A DNA stretch of 25,685 nucleotides, taken from a virus (taxonomy: Duplodnaviria > Caudoviricetes). Position 1 is the stretch's first letter. Each line of letters starts with the position of its first letter. The notes beneath the pieces were generated by a model. The model was given only the letters and a program-made list of their open reading frames with translations. It did not search any database and was not told the DNA's origin. Positions 14,950 through 24,642 of this stretch are shown one piece after another. The position numbers and the translations under genes are program-made. The stretch is from the IMG/VR virus record IMGVR_UViG_3300036779_000010, positions 1 through 25,685 of that record; one strand, written 5' to 3'.

Positions 14950-15888
14950 ATGTATACCTTTGACCGCAAGACCGTCGATAACGCCGGTGCGTTCCTGCTG
15001 GGCCAGTTGGAGCGACTGGATCAGACCCTCAACCTTCCGTTGCTGGCCTACACCTGGAGCCGTGATATTGACCTGCGTGAAGATGTCTCTATCGCGGATG
15101 AGATTTCCAGCTTCACCAACAGCACCTTCGCGGCACCGAGCTCAGTGGGTGATGAGGGGGAATCGTGGATCAGCAACAGTACTAACGTCATTCCAGGCAT
15201 TGACCTGGATATCAACCGCACCGGTCTGCCGCTGACTCCATGGTCACGTCAGTTGGCGTGGACGGTGTACGAACTGGCTGCTGCAATGCAGTTGGGGCGC
15301 CCGATTGACTCGCAAAAACTGGAAGCGATGAATCAGGTGTATCAACTGAACCTCGATCGTCAGGTTTACGTCGGCAGTAAAATCCTTAACGTGAAAGGGT
15401 TGCTGAACCAGGAGGGGGTAAAAACCTCCAACGCGCCTAAGCCGTGGAAACAGAGTACTGCTGATGAGATCCGCGCCTCTATCGATGCCGGTCTCACCAA
15501 TGCATGGAAACAAACTGGTCGTGCCGTCGTGCCAGACAAAATGCTTATCTCGCCGGATGAATACGCACTGCTGGTCAGCACCATTGTATCGACCGCTGGT
15601 AACCGTTCACTGCTGGATTACCTGACCGAGAACACCATCGCGTACAAGCAAAACGGCAAGCCGCTCGATATTCAGCCGGTCAAATGGCTGGAAAAAGACG
15701 GCGTCGTACCAACCAACCGCGCGGCGTTCTATACCCAGGATCGCAAATACGTGCAGTTCCCGCTAGTTCCGCTGCAGCGCACGCCAATGGAATATCGTGA
15801 CCTGCGTCAGATTGTCACTTACTACGGCAAGGTTGGCGCGGTTGAGTTGCGTTATACCGACACCATGCACTACGTAGACGGCATCTAA
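14950..15888 (+). CDS. Major capsid protein (DUF2184-type)
   Basis: 312 aa; GAFLLGQLERLD, TWSRDIDLREDV, GRPIDSQK, GLLN and final YVDGI; followed by a hairpin. Confidence 0.92.
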   Translation: MYTFDRKTVDNAGAFLLGQLERLDQTLNLPLLAYTWSRDIDLREDVSIADEISSFTNSTFAAPSSVGDEGESWISNSTNVIPGIDLDINRTGLPLTPWSRQLAWTVYELAAAMQLGRPIDSQKLEAMNQVYQLNLDRQVYVGSKILNVKGLLNQEGVKTSNAPKPWKQSTADEIRASIDAGLTNAWKQTGRAVVPDKMLISPDEYALLVSTIVSTAGNRSLLDYLTENTIAYKQNGKPLDIQPVKWLEKDGVVPTNRAAFYTQDRKYVQFPLVPLQRTPMEYRDLRQIVTYYGKVGAVELRYTDTMHYVDGI

Positions 15889-15893
15889 CAATC

Positions 15894-15909
15894 AGCCCCG
15901 CAAGGGGCT
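15894..15909 (+). terminator. Post-capsid hairpin (weak terminator or mRNA stabiliser)
   Basis: AGCCCC-GCAA-GGGGCT, short U tract. Confidence 0.55.
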
Positions 15910-15922
15910 TACAGGAAACGAT

Positions 15923-16303
15923 ATGAAAAAGATTCGTGTACACACGCCGTTTGAGCTCACTCTGCCTGATTACACCAAGCGCCATTTTGTGGCGGGCCTC
16001 CAGTTAGTGGAAGACGATATCGCTGAACACTGGTTTGTGAAGCGTTATTCCGAACCCGCGGAAGGGGAATCCCTGCCGGCGGGTGATGGGGAGTCGGCGC
16101 TAATCATCGAAAGGCTTCAAGGTGATCTCGCCGAGCTGACTGGCCAGGTGGCAGAGTTGCAGGGACAAATTCAAGCTGCCGCCGAAGGTCTACAGGAGCG
16201 CAATACAGCGATTGCGGAAAAAGACCAACAGATCGCCGAGCTGACTGGCCAGGTGGCAGAGTTGTCCGCGAAACTGGAGAAAAACAATGGAGCAAAAAAA
16301 TAA
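15923..16303 (+). CDS. Phage head-associated protein with coiled-coil C-terminus (STY1053-like)
   Basis: KIRVHTPF...IAEHWFV N-terminal motif; heptad repeats [10 protein letters not shown] twice. Confidence 0.8.
   Translation: MKKIRVHTPFELTLPDYTKRHFVAGLQLVEDDIAEHWFVKRYSEPAEGESLPAGDGESALIIERLQGDLAELTGQVAELQGQIQAAAEGLQERNTAIAEKDQQIAELTGQVAELSAKLEKNNGAKK
16128..16264 (+). repeat. Perfect 32-bp direct repeat (16128-16159, 16233-16264)
   Basis: TCGCCGAGCTGACTGGCCAGGTGGCAGAGTTG twice, 105 bp apart. Confidence 0.95.
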
Positions 16304-16694
16304 AACGCTCCCCACTGTAACCCAGTTTCGTACCGACTTTCCGCAGTTCAATGACACTACCCGCTACCCTGAAGCACAAATCCAATTCCGCCTAAACCTG
16401 GCTGACGCCTTGCTTGATGAGCGACGCCTGGGGAATTTGTTCGTTTATCTGGTCGAGTTGTTTGTCGCCCACTATACGGCGCTGCAGGCGGTGGACAATC
16501 GCGCGGCGATGGCCGGTGGTGCTGGTGGTGCGAATAGCGGTGTGGTGTCGTCCAAGTCGGTCGATAAAGTCAGTGTGAGTTATGACAACAGCGCCACGCT
16601 AAACCCGGATGCAGGTTTTTGGAACAACACACGCTACGGCGCGGAGTTTTACCAGTACATCTGCATGTTTGGTGCTGGAGGCCGCCAGCTATGA
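16287..16694 (+). CDS. Head-tail connector (DUF4054-type)
   Basis: [34 protein letters not shown] motifs; synteny. Confidence 0.87.
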   Translation: MEQKNKTLPTVTQFRTDFPQFNDTTRYPEAQIQFRLNLADALLDERRLGNLFVYLVELFVAHYTALQAVDNRAAMAGGAGGANSGVVSSKSVDKVSVSYDNSATLNPDAGFWNNTRYGAEFYQYICMFGAGGRQL

Positions 16695-17194
16695 AAAGTG
16701 GGCTAAAAGTGCGGGCCGACAAATCCCGTGATGTGTTGGCCGCGCTTAGCGAGATTGGGCGGCGAGACGTGCTGGTGGGTATCCCGGGTGAAGCATCCGA
16801 TCGCGAGGATGTTCCCTTCGGTAACGCCGGGATCGGCTATATCAACGAAAACGGCTCTCCGGCACAGAACATCCCGCCGCGTCCGCACCTGCAGCCCGGA
16901 GTAAGGTCTGTGCAGGATGAAACCACTGCTCAACTGAAACTAGCAGCACTTGCGGTATTGGATGGGAAATCAGGCCGCGCAGAGCAGTATCTGGCTCGCG
17001 CTGGCGTGATTGCCTCCAATGCGGTGAAACGCTACATCATCATCGGCAATTTGACGCCACTGGCACCGTCCACGCTGTATGCAAGAAAGCATCGCAAAGT
17101 AGCGCCGCGTAACGGTGAGAACCCACTGATTGATACTGGCGAGTATCGCCGGACTATCACCTACGTTGTGAGGGATAAAAATGCCATTTCTTGA
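16691..17194 (+). CDS. Neck/tail completion protein
   Basis: ATG 16691 overlaps upstream stop (ATGA); [32 protein letters not shown] motifs. Confidence 0.82.
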   Translation: MKSGLKVRADKSRDVLAALSEIGRRDVLVGIPGEASDREDVPFGNAGIGYINENGSPAQNIPPRPHLQPGVRSVQDETTAQLKLAALAVLDGKSGRAEQYLARAGVIASNAVKRYIIIGNLTPLAPSTLYARKHRKVAPRNGENPLIDTGEYRRTITYVVRDKNAIS

Positions 17195-17570
17195 CGTGAC
17201 TGACGTGCTTTCCGACCCGGATTTCTGCGATACCTCGCTGGTGGTTACACGAAATCAGCAGACGGTTGATCGCCAAGGCTTCGCCAGTAATGAGTCGGTG
17301 AAAATTCCGTTCTCTGGTGTGGTCACTGTCGATCGGTCACTGGAAGCGCGACGTATGCAGGCGGGGCAGGTGATCACCGGTGCCATCCTGATTGTGACAA
17401 CGGAACGGCTCACTGCCGGCCAGACCTCACGCGATGCTGATGTCGTGACCTATCAGAACCGGGATTACCGTGTGACATTTGTAGACCCCTACACGGCGTA
17501 TGGTGCCGGCTTTGTGCAGGCCCATTGTGAATTGCTGCCGTTCGATGGAGGGATCCCCATTGAGCAATAA
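17181..17570 (+). CDS. Head-tail adaptor/closure protein
   Basis: 129 aa beta-rich; [15 protein letters not shown]...YGAGFVQAHC; synteny. Confidence 0.78.
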   Translation: MPFLDVTDVLSDPDFCDTSLVVTRNQQTVDRQGFASNESVKIPFSGVVTVDRSLEARRMQAGQVITGAILIVTTERLTAGQTSRDADVVTYQNRDYRVTFVDPYTAYGAGFVQAHCELLPFDGGIPIEQ

Positions 17571-18108
17571 CACCAGTACGCAGCCGGGATACCTGACGCC
17601 AACCGCCTCAAACCAGCAGGATGACGAAGCGCTGGAGCGATCGCTGAGTGATTGGGTGATGGGGGTAACTGGGTTGCCTGATGGTCACGTGCGGCCACGC
17701 TGGATGCCAGTGCAGCCTCCGCTGATGCCCGCCGATGTGAACTGGTGCGCTTTTGGTATCTCCGGCTTTCAGGCAGATGCAAACCCGGCTTTTACCAACA
17801 CGACAGATGAAGGCTCGGAACTTTGGCGGCATGAAGTGGTTGAGTGCATGGCCAGCTTCTACGGTCCCGGAAGTCAGCGCCTGGTGACGATTTTTCGTGA
17901 TGGTCTGACGTTGACGCAGAACAACGATGAATTAAAAGCCATTGGGCTGTCGCTGGGCAGTATTGGCGACATCATTCCTTTCCCTGAACTCATCAATAAC
18001 CAGTGGGTACGCCGGTATGACATTTCCGTCCGCCTGCGCCGCAAAGTGATCCGCGAGTACGGCATCAAATCGCTGGTGGAAGCACCGGTTCAATTCCTCG
18101 GAGAATAA
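17560..18108 (+). CDS. Tail/neck terminator protein
   Basis: TTG start after GGAGG; VRPRW, SFYGP, PELINNQWVRRYD; immediately before the sheath. Confidence 0.78.
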   Translation: MSNNTSTQPGYLTPTASNQQDDEALERSLSDWVMGVTGLPDGHVRPRWMPVQPPLMPADVNWCAFGISGFQADANPAFTNTTDEGSELWRHEVVECMASFYGPGSQRLVTIFRDGLTLTQNNDELKAIGLSLGSIGDIIPFPELINNQWVRRYDISVRLRRKVIREYGIKSLVEAPVQFLGE

Positions 18109-18111
18109 TCT

Positions 18112-19593
18112 ATGCAACAGGGCTTACCTGTATCGAACATCGTCAGCGTGACGGTGAATATGGCGCTGCGCGCCGCACAGAGCCGTAATTTTGGGGCTCT
18201 ACTGGTAGTGGGCGGCTCCGATGTGATCGACGGCAGCCAGCGCATGCGCAGCTATTCAAGCATTACTGATGTCGCGGCAGATTTCGGCATGGAGGCACCA
18301 GAGTATGAGGCCGCCAGTCTGTACTTCCAGCAGACCCCGAAACCCAGCACGCTGTTTGTCGGGCGCTGGATTAAAGAAGACCAGGCCGCGCTGTTACGTT
18401 GCGCCATCCTGACGCCGGCACAGATGGCGATCAGCACCTGGGCATCAGTGACCGATGGTGCGATGAAAATCAGCATCGACGGCACTAACAAGACGGTGAC
18501 CGCAGTCGATTTCTCGGCGGAAACCAATCTGAACGGTGTGGCCGCGCGTATCACTGAAAAACTGACTACGGCGATCGTGAACTGGGACGCGGTGAACAGC
18601 CGATTCATCATCACATCGAAAACCTCCGGTGCCTCGTCGGCAGTCGGTTACGGTTCTGCCAATACCACCGGTACCGATATTTCGGCGATGATGGGCGCGG
18701 TGCAGAGTGCTGGCGCTCTGGCCATAGCACGCGCTGCTGCCGAAAACATTCAGTCCTGCATCTACAAACTGGCCGATATGTCTACCGGTTGGTATGGCCT
18801 GCAGATCGCCGACACGTCACTGAGCGATGACGACGTGATCAGCGTCGCGGCGTTTATCCAGTCCGACGACGTTTCCCGGATCTTTGGGTACACCACGCAG
18901 AACACCGGTGTGCTGGATTTGGATAACACCAATGACATCGCAAGCAAGCTGAAAAATGCCAAGTACGGCCGCACCTTCATTCAGTATTCCGGCGTTAGCC
19001 CGTATGCGTCTGCGTCTATCTTTGGTCGCGCGTTTACCGTGAATTTCCTCGGCAACAACACCACTATCACGTTGAAGTTCAAACAAGAGCCAGGCATCAC
19101 GCCTGAAACGCTCACTCAAACCCAGGCCAAAACCCTGACCGCGAAGAACTGCAACATGTTCGTCAACTATGACAACGACACGGCGATCATCCAGGAAGGC
19201 CTGATGTGTAATGGCGATTTCTTTGATGAGCGCCACGGCCTGGATTGGTTGCAGAACTACGTGCAGAACAACCTCTATAACGTGCTCTACACCAGTGCGA
19301 CCAAGGTGCCGCAAACTGACCCTGGCATTACCCGCCTGCTGACCAGCGTCAATGGTTCGCTCGCGCAGGGTGCAACCAATGGACTGATTGCACCTGGTGT
19401 ATGGAACGGTGACCCAATTGGCGGCCTGAACACCGGTGACACGCTGACCACGGGGTATTACACCTACGCACCACCGATTGCCACACAGGCACAGGCCGAC
19501 CGTGAAGCACGCAAGGCGCCGGTGATGCAGAGCGCGATTAAACTGGCCGGTGCCGTGCATTTCGCCGACATCATCATCAACGTTAACCGCTAA
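18112..19593 (+). CDS. Contractile tail sheath (DUF3383-type)
   Basis: 493 aa; [35 protein letters not shown] motifs. Confidence 0.9.
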   Translation: MQQGLPVSNIVSVTVNMALRAAQSRNFGALLVVGGSDVIDGSQRMRSYSSITDVAADFGMEAPEYEAASLYFQQTPKPSTLFVGRWIKEDQAALLRCAILTPAQMAISTWASVTDGAMKISIDGTNKTVTAVDFSAETNLNGVAARITEKLTTAIVNWDAVNSRFIITSKTSGASSAVGYGSANTTGTDISAMMGAVQSAGALAIARAAAENIQSCIYKLADMSTGWYGLQIADTSLSDDDVISVAAFIQSDDVSRIFGYTTQNTGVLDLDNTNDIASKLKNAKYGRTFIQYSGVSPYASASIFGRAFTVNFLGNNTTITLKFKQEPGITPETLTQTQAKTLTAKNCNMFVNYDNDTAIIQEGLMCNGDFFDERHGLDWLQNYVQNNLYNVLYTSATKVPQTDPGITRLLTSVNGSLAQGATNGLIAPGVWNGDPIGGLNTGDTLTTGYYTYAPPIATQAQADREARKAPVMQSAIKLAGAVHFADIIINVNR

Positions 19594-19604
19594 GGAGCCG
19601 GGGA

Positions 19605-20045
19605 ATGTCTACTTACAGCTTTTTGGATTTTTCCGCCTCGATTGTTGGCCCTGGTGGTGCGTTCGATCTGGGTTATGGCTCAGGTAACGCGGAGGAGGGT
19701 ATCACAGTCACAATGACTGAGGACAAGAACACCATGACTACCGGCGCGGGTGGTGATGTGATGCATAGTCTGCATGCCGGTAAATCTGGCTCAATCACTG
19801 TAACCATGCTGAAAACCTCCCCAACTAACGCCAAGCTAAGTGCGCTGTATAACGCGCAGTCACTGTCTTCTGCAACCTGGGGCAATAACGTCATAACCCT
19901 GCGCAACAGCGCCAGTAACGATGTCTGCGTCGCTCGCTCTGTGGCATTTAAGAAGCAACCTGACTGGCAGAACGCCAAAGACGGCGGCACTGTTTCTTGG
20001 GTATTTGACGCGGGCTTAATCGACCAGTTGCTGGGTACTTTTTAA
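19605..20045 (+). CDS. Tail tube protein (DUF3277-type)
   Basis: 146 aa after sheath; MSTYSFLD, KNTMTTGAGG, KTSPTN. Confidence 0.87.
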   Translation: MSTYSFLDFSASIVGPGGAFDLGYGSGNAEEGITVTMTEDKNTMTTGAGGDVMHSLHAGKSGSITVTMLKTSPTNAKLSALYNAQSLSSATWGNNVITLRNSASNDVCVARSVAFKKQPDWQNAKDGGTVSWVFDAGLIDQLLGTF

Positions 20046-20055
20046 GGGGTAATGC

Positions 20056-20454
20056 ATGGAATTCGAAATTAAAGGCAAAAAGTACCGCTCGACCAAGCTG
20101 GGCGTATTCGAACAGCTGAAAGTGTCACGCAAATTGCTTCCGGTACTGGCCGGTATTCTGGGTGAGCTGAAAGGCGGAAAAATCACCATTGAATCAGCGT
20201 TGCCCAAAATTGCCCAGTCGGTGGCAGACCTGCAAGAAGACGACTGCAACGCGATTATCCATCCGTGCCTGGCTGTTGTTCGGTGTGAGAACGGCAAAGG
20301 ATTTGATGCAATTTTTTCAGGTGGGGAACTGATGTTTGATGACATCGACCTGATGACCATGCTGCAAATTGTGGCGCGGGTTATTGGGGACTCGCTGGGA
20401 AATTTTTTGCAAGAACTCCAAGGCAGCGAGAAGGAACCGCCAGCTCAGGAATAA
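20056..20454 (+). CDS. Tail assembly chaperone (G analogue)
   Basis: Between tube and tape measure; ends with SLGNFL encoded by slippery GGGAAATTTTTTG. Confidence 0.85.
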   Translation: MEFEIKGKKYRSTKLGVFEQLKVSRKLLPVLAGILGELKGGKITIESALPKIAQSVADLQEDDCNAIIHPCLAVVRCENGKGFDAIFSGGELMFDDIDLMTMLQIVARVIGDSLGNFLQELQGSEKEPPAQE

Positions 20455-20642
20455 CGCTGGATGTTCTGCCGGGTGGAGAGGATTACATTCTGCGGCCGGC
20501 GCACGCCGGGTTATACAAATACGAAGCGCTCAAGGATGGGCGCATTGACCTGTATGACATCGCGCTGATGAATGACTATCTCGATATGGAAGCCGATAAC
20601 GAAGCGAAGATCGCGAAATGGAGACAGGACAATGAACGCTGA
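20400..20642 (+). CDS. Tail chaperone -1 frameshift extension (T analogue; not in ORF track)
   Basis: The -1 frame is open from the slippery site: ...ITLDVLPGGEDYILRPAHAGLYKYEALKDGRIDLYDIALMNDYLDMEADNEAKIAKWRQDNER*; no own ATG near its start. Confidence 0.8.
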   Translation, partial: KFFARTPRQREGTASSGITLDVLPGGEDYILRPAHAGLYKYEALKDGRIDLYDIALMNDYLDMEADNEAKIAKWRQDNER

Positions 20643-22653
20643 AACTATCAAGGATTTTCTGATTTCGCTCGGCTTTGAAATCGACTCTGCCGGCGAGCAG
20701 AAATTCTCTGCAGTGGTCGCCGGCGTCACGGCGAACGTACTCAAAATGGGCGTAGCGGTGGAGGGGGCGGCGCTGGCCGTGATTGGGTTTACCACGAAAA
20801 TAGCCCAGGCATCCGATAAGTTGTACTGGGCATCACAGCGCACTGGCGCCTCCGTGGCTGGCATCCGTGCCCTGGGTTATGCAGCATCCCAAACGGGTTC
20901 CGACGCGGCTTCCGCACAGGGGGCGCTGGAAAGTCTGGCGCGGTTCATGCGTAACAGTCCGGGTGCAGAAGGATTCCTGAATCGCCTTGGCGTGCAAACC
21001 CGTGGCGCTAATGGGCGAATGCGGGATACTGCCGCCATCTTTACCGGTGTAGGCGACAAGCTGCGCAGCATGCCGCAGTACCGTGCTAACCAGTACGCGC
21101 AGATGCTGGGCATTGATGAAAACACGCTGCTCGCGATGCGCCGGGGGATTACCGGGTTTACGGCGGATTATCAAGGCATGCTGAAAGCCACCGGTCTGAA
21201 TGCCGACCGCGCGGCGCAGCAGTCCAACAAATTCATGACCTCCATGCGCAGCCTGACCGCGTTGCTGGGCATGGCAAAGGACAAGATAGGCTCAGACCTC
21301 GCTGGTGGATTAAGCGGCTCACTGGATACGCTACGCAAGCGAATCATGGACAATTTCCCGAAGATAGAGGGCTTCATTACCAAAACGGTAAAGGGCGTGC
21401 TCTGGTTTGCGGAAGTGTTTGGGCGAATGTTCTATCGCGGTTATCAAGCCATTAGCCAGGTGATCGACTGGTGGAAAAGCCTCAATACAGAGTCGAAAAA
21501 ACTGTTGGGGATATTTGGCGCGCTGCTGGTGGCCTGGAGGATGCTGAATAGCGCTTTCCTGATGTCGCCCATTGGTTTAATTACCGCGCTGGTGATCGGG
21601 CTTGGACTCTTGTGGGACGACTACCAGACATGGAAGGAAGGCGGTAAAAGCTTGATCAACTGGGCAGAGTGGGAGCCTGGTATTAAAAAAGCCCGTGAGG
21701 CTATTGTCTGGATCCGCGACAAGCTGCTCGAGCTGAAAGACGCCGTGGGTGGGTGGAAAAATGCCTTTGAACTTCTTGCAACTTTTGTTGCTGGTAGTTG
21801 GGCAGTAAAAATGCTCTCAGGCATCTCCAAGGTTGGTAGTGGTTTTGGCCCCATTCTTGCGGCAATGGCTGCAATCAGTGCCTGGGATAAAATCGGACAA
21901 CTTCAGGAAGAAGCGAAAAAAGAAGGGAAAAATGTTGGTCAGTATCTTACTGATCGCGTTAACCAGCCTCATGTTAGTACCGACGGGATTCTTGGCAAGG
22001 CTGATGCAGTGCTTAACAGGATGTACTCCTGGTGGGATAACGTTTCCAGCACTGGCGGAGCAACTAACGCATATGATGCCTATGGGACTGTAAAACGCCC
22101 GCAACCTACGGAAGCGGGTGGACAATTATTGGGGTGGATGGCCCCGATGATGGGCAAATTAGAGGCGATGTATAACCTGCCAGTTGGCCTGCTTCGTAGT
22201 GTTGCACTGACCGAGTCCGGTGGTAACCAGTTCGCTATCTCCGGTGCCGGCGCGAAAGGCTTATTCCAGTTTATGCCTGGAACTGCAAAGGACATGGGCC
22301 TGCGGGGGAATGACGTTTTCGACCCCGAGAAATCAGCCAATGCGGCGGCGCGCTATCTTGGCATGTTGCTGCGCATGAACGGCGGCGATCTGGATAAAAC
22401 GCTGGCTTCCTACAACTGGGGGATCGGCAACGTTCAGAAGCATGGCATGGATCTAATGCCGGCGGAGACACGGAACTACATCCCGAAAGTACGCAGTAAT
22501 ATGCCGGGTGCTGGTGGCGCGACAGTACAGCAGGAAACAAACATTCATATCCACGGCGTTAGCGATCCGGCACGTGCAGGGATTGAAGTTGCTGAACGTC
22601 AGACAGGCGTTAACTCTCGATTGACGCAACAACTCTATGCGAGGCCGCAATAG
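20632..22653 (+). CDS. Tape measure protein with C-terminal lytic transglycosylase (SLT) domain, 673 aa
   Basis: MNAETIKDFLISLGF start; helical Ala-rich body with TM segments; TESGGN, GAKGLFQFMPGTA, ASYNWG SLT motifs. Confidence 0.92.
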   Translation: MNAETIKDFLISLGFEIDSAGEQKFSAVVAGVTANVLKMGVAVEGAALAVIGFTTKIAQASDKLYWASQRTGASVAGIRALGYAASQTGSDAASAQGALESLARFMRNSPGAEGFLNRLGVQTRGANGRMRDTAAIFTGVGDKLRSMPQYRANQYAQMLGIDENTLLAMRRGITGFTADYQGMLKATGLNADRAAQQSNKFMTSMRSLTALLGMAKDKIGSDLAGGLSGSLDTLRKRIMDNFPKIEGFITKTVKGVLWFAEVFGRMFYRGYQAISQVIDWWKSLNTESKKLLGIFGALLVAWRMLNSAFLMSPIGLITALVIGLGLLWDDYQTWKEGGKSLINWAEWEPGIKKAREAIVWIRDKLLELKDAVGGWKNAFELLATFVAGSWAVKMLSGISKVGSGFGPILAAMAAISAWDKIGQLQEEAKKEGKNVGQYLTDRVNQPHVSTDGILGKADAVLNRMYSWWDNVSSTGGATNAYDAYGTVKRPQPTEAGGQLLGWMAPMMGKLEAMYNLPVGLLRSVALTESGGNQFAISGAGAKGLFQFMPGTAKDMGLRGNDVFDPEKSANAAARYLGMLLRMNGGDLDKTLASYNWGIGNVQKHGMDLMPAETRNYIPKVRSNMPGAGGATVQQETNIHIHGVSDPARAGIEVAERQTGVNSRLTQQLYARPQ

Positions 22654-23267
22654 TGGATATTCTCTCTGTTTTATTTTCGCAGCAAAAAAGGCGTATAGGG
22701 GCCATCGTGCCCAGCGTAGCAATTTCTGAAAAGCACAGCGATACCCTCGAAATCACTGAACACCCGGTTGAGATTGGCGCACAGGTAAGTGATCACGCCT
22801 ACAAGCGCCCGTCTGAGGTCACTATGGAGCTGGGGTTTGCCGGTGGTGGTTCGCTATTAGATTTTGTGGATACCACGCAAATCTTTGATATGAGTACGGG
22901 CTTGTCGCTGGGGACTGGCCCGAGTGAGGTCTACCAGCAATTGCTTGACCTGCAGCAGACGCGGATCCCGTTCGATGTCATCACAGGTAAACGTCAGTAT
23001 CAGAACATGCTGATCCGCTCGATAGAGGTCACTACGGACAGAACGAGTGAGAACGTGCTGATGTGCGTGCTGTCGCTTCGTGAGGTAATCATCTCTAAAA
23101 CCCAAAGCGTGAAGGTTGCCCCCAAAGACAATATGGCAGACGGGGTAAGCACATCAGCCACGCAAAACACAGGCACCAAGCCACCTAAGCCGGTTAATGA
23201 GAGCGTACTATCACAGGGCATGGACGGCATCAAAAAAGCCCTCGGCACCTTTACCGGAGCGACGTGA
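22653..23267 (+). CDS. Baseplate/tail tube initiator (Dit-like) protein
   Basis: EITEHPVEIGAQVSDHAYKRP, FDVITGKRQYQNMLI; directly after the tape measure. Confidence 0.82.
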   Translation: MDILSVLFSQQKRRIGAIVPSVAISEKHSDTLEITEHPVEIGAQVSDHAYKRPSEVTMELGFAGGGSLLDFVDTTQIFDMSTGLSLGTGPSEVYQQLLDLQQTRIPFDVITGKRQYQNMLIRSIEVTTDRTSENVLMCVLSLREVIISKTQSVKVAPKDNMADGVSTSATQNTGTKPPKPVNESVLSQGMDGIKKALGTFTGAT

Positions 23268-23575
23268 TGAACATTCAGGAAATTCCGCTGACGCCGGACA
23301 ATCAGCAATTCGGCATTACCCTGGGCGGCCAGCAGTTCACTATGCGGATCAATTGGCGGGATGCGGCAGGCTGGATACTTGATTTAATGGACAGCGCCGG
23401 TGGCGCATTGGTCAACGGTATCCCCCTGGTACCCGGGGCCAATCTGCTGGCCCAGTACACCCATCTGGGCATAACCGGTGCCCTGGTGGTCATTGCTGAC
23501 AGTAATCAGCCGGAAATGCCGACGAAAACCAATCTCGGGCTCGGCAGTCACCTCTATTTTATTCAGGAGCAGTAA
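23264..23575 (+). CDS. Small baseplate (plug-like) protein
   Basis: 103 aa; EIPLTPDNQQF, GIPLVPGANLLAQY; synteny. Confidence 0.78.
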   Translation: MMNIQEIPLTPDNQQFGITLGGQQFTMRINWRDAAGWILDLMDSAGGALVNGIPLVPGANLLAQYTHLGITGALVVIADSNQPEMPTKTNLGLGSHLYFIQEQ

Positions 23576-24642
23576 TGAGCCAGAATTGGATGCGCCACTT
23601 TGAACTGCAGCTGCTTGATAAGCAGGGCAGCGGCGTCAGCTTGTCCGATTTTAAAGTCACATTCCGCATCGAATGGGCTGACACCCGATTTCCGCGTGTG
23701 GCGAATGTGAAAATTTACAATTTGTCGGCTGATACGCAGAACCGTATTCTGGGGCAGGAGTTTGCCAAAATTCGGATGATAGCCGGGTATGACGGTATCG
23801 CGCCGGACGTCTCTGCCGATCAGGTCGGCGTAGCACGAAAGGTAGACCCAGCAACAACTGGTCAGCGAGACGGACAGAATTACGGACAGATATTTGAGGG
23901 TGACATTCGTTTCACTATCACCGGTAAAGACAATCCAACGGATTCTTGGATACTGATTCAGGCTGTAGGGGATCATGAGGCGTTTCTATATGCCATGGTG
24001 AATACAACGCTGGCCGCCGGCTATACGGTTGCAGACGTACACAATGTGGCTATGAAAAGCTTTAACGCGTTCGGGGTTACCCAGGGCATCACCGGCGATA
24101 TGCCTACAACGGTTTTCCCGCGTGGGTTACCCCTGTTTCAGCCGGCGCGCGAGGTCATGGACTCGGTCGCGCAAATGTGTAACGCCACCTGGCAACTGGT
24201 AGACGGCCAAGTCCAAATGGTTAATGTGGACAAATACATTCATGAGGCCATTGTGCTGAACAGCGAAACCGGGTTAATCGGAATGCCACAGCAGACAATG
24301 GGCGCTGGTGTGAATGTGCGTTGCCTGATTAACCCGAACATCAGAGTTAACGGCACTATCCAGCTGGATCAGATGTCTGTTTACCGCGCCGCGTTATCAG
24401 ACAGCGAGATAGCGCAGTCAGCGGGCCGCATCAGCGAAACAGACCAGAATGGTAATTTGGTGGTGACCGGTTCGTTGCAGCAGCCTGCCAGCGTTGCCAC
24501 TGACGGCGTGTATATCGTGAAGGCAATCGACTATACTGGCGACACAAGGGGCCAAGCGTGGTACATGGATTTGATGTGCTTTGCGCGCGGCTCGGCAGAT
24601 TTGTTAAGTCAATCTACCCTATCTCGCTCTGGAGGGAGTTAA
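23575..24642 (+). CDS. Baseplate hub protein (gp27/Mu gp44-like)
   Basis: KIYNLS, MIAGY, TGLIGMPQQT, RCLINPNI, GDTRGQAWY motifs. Confidence 0.85.
   Translation: MSQNWMRHFELQLLDKQGSGVSLSDFKVTFRIEWADTRFPRVANVKIYNLSADTQNRILGQEFAKIRMIAGYDGIAPDVSADQVGVARKVDPATTGQRDGQNYGQIFEGDIRFTITGKDNPTDSWILIQAVGDHEAFLYAMVNTTLAAGYTVADVHNVAMKSFNAFGVTQGITGDMPTTVFPRGLPLFQPAREVMDSVAQMCNATWQLVDGQVQMVNVDKYIHEAIVLNSETGLIGMPQQTMGAGVNVRCLINPNIRVNGTIQLDQMSVYRAALSDSEIAQSAGRISETDQNGNLVVTGSLQQPASVATDGVYIVKAIDYTGDTRGQAWYMDLMCFARGSADLLSQSTLSRSGGS

Noticed and set aside
18817-19560. 247-aa minus-strand ORF
   Set aside because: Antisense shadow of the sheath gene; same applies to the other minus-strand ORFs within the structural operon.
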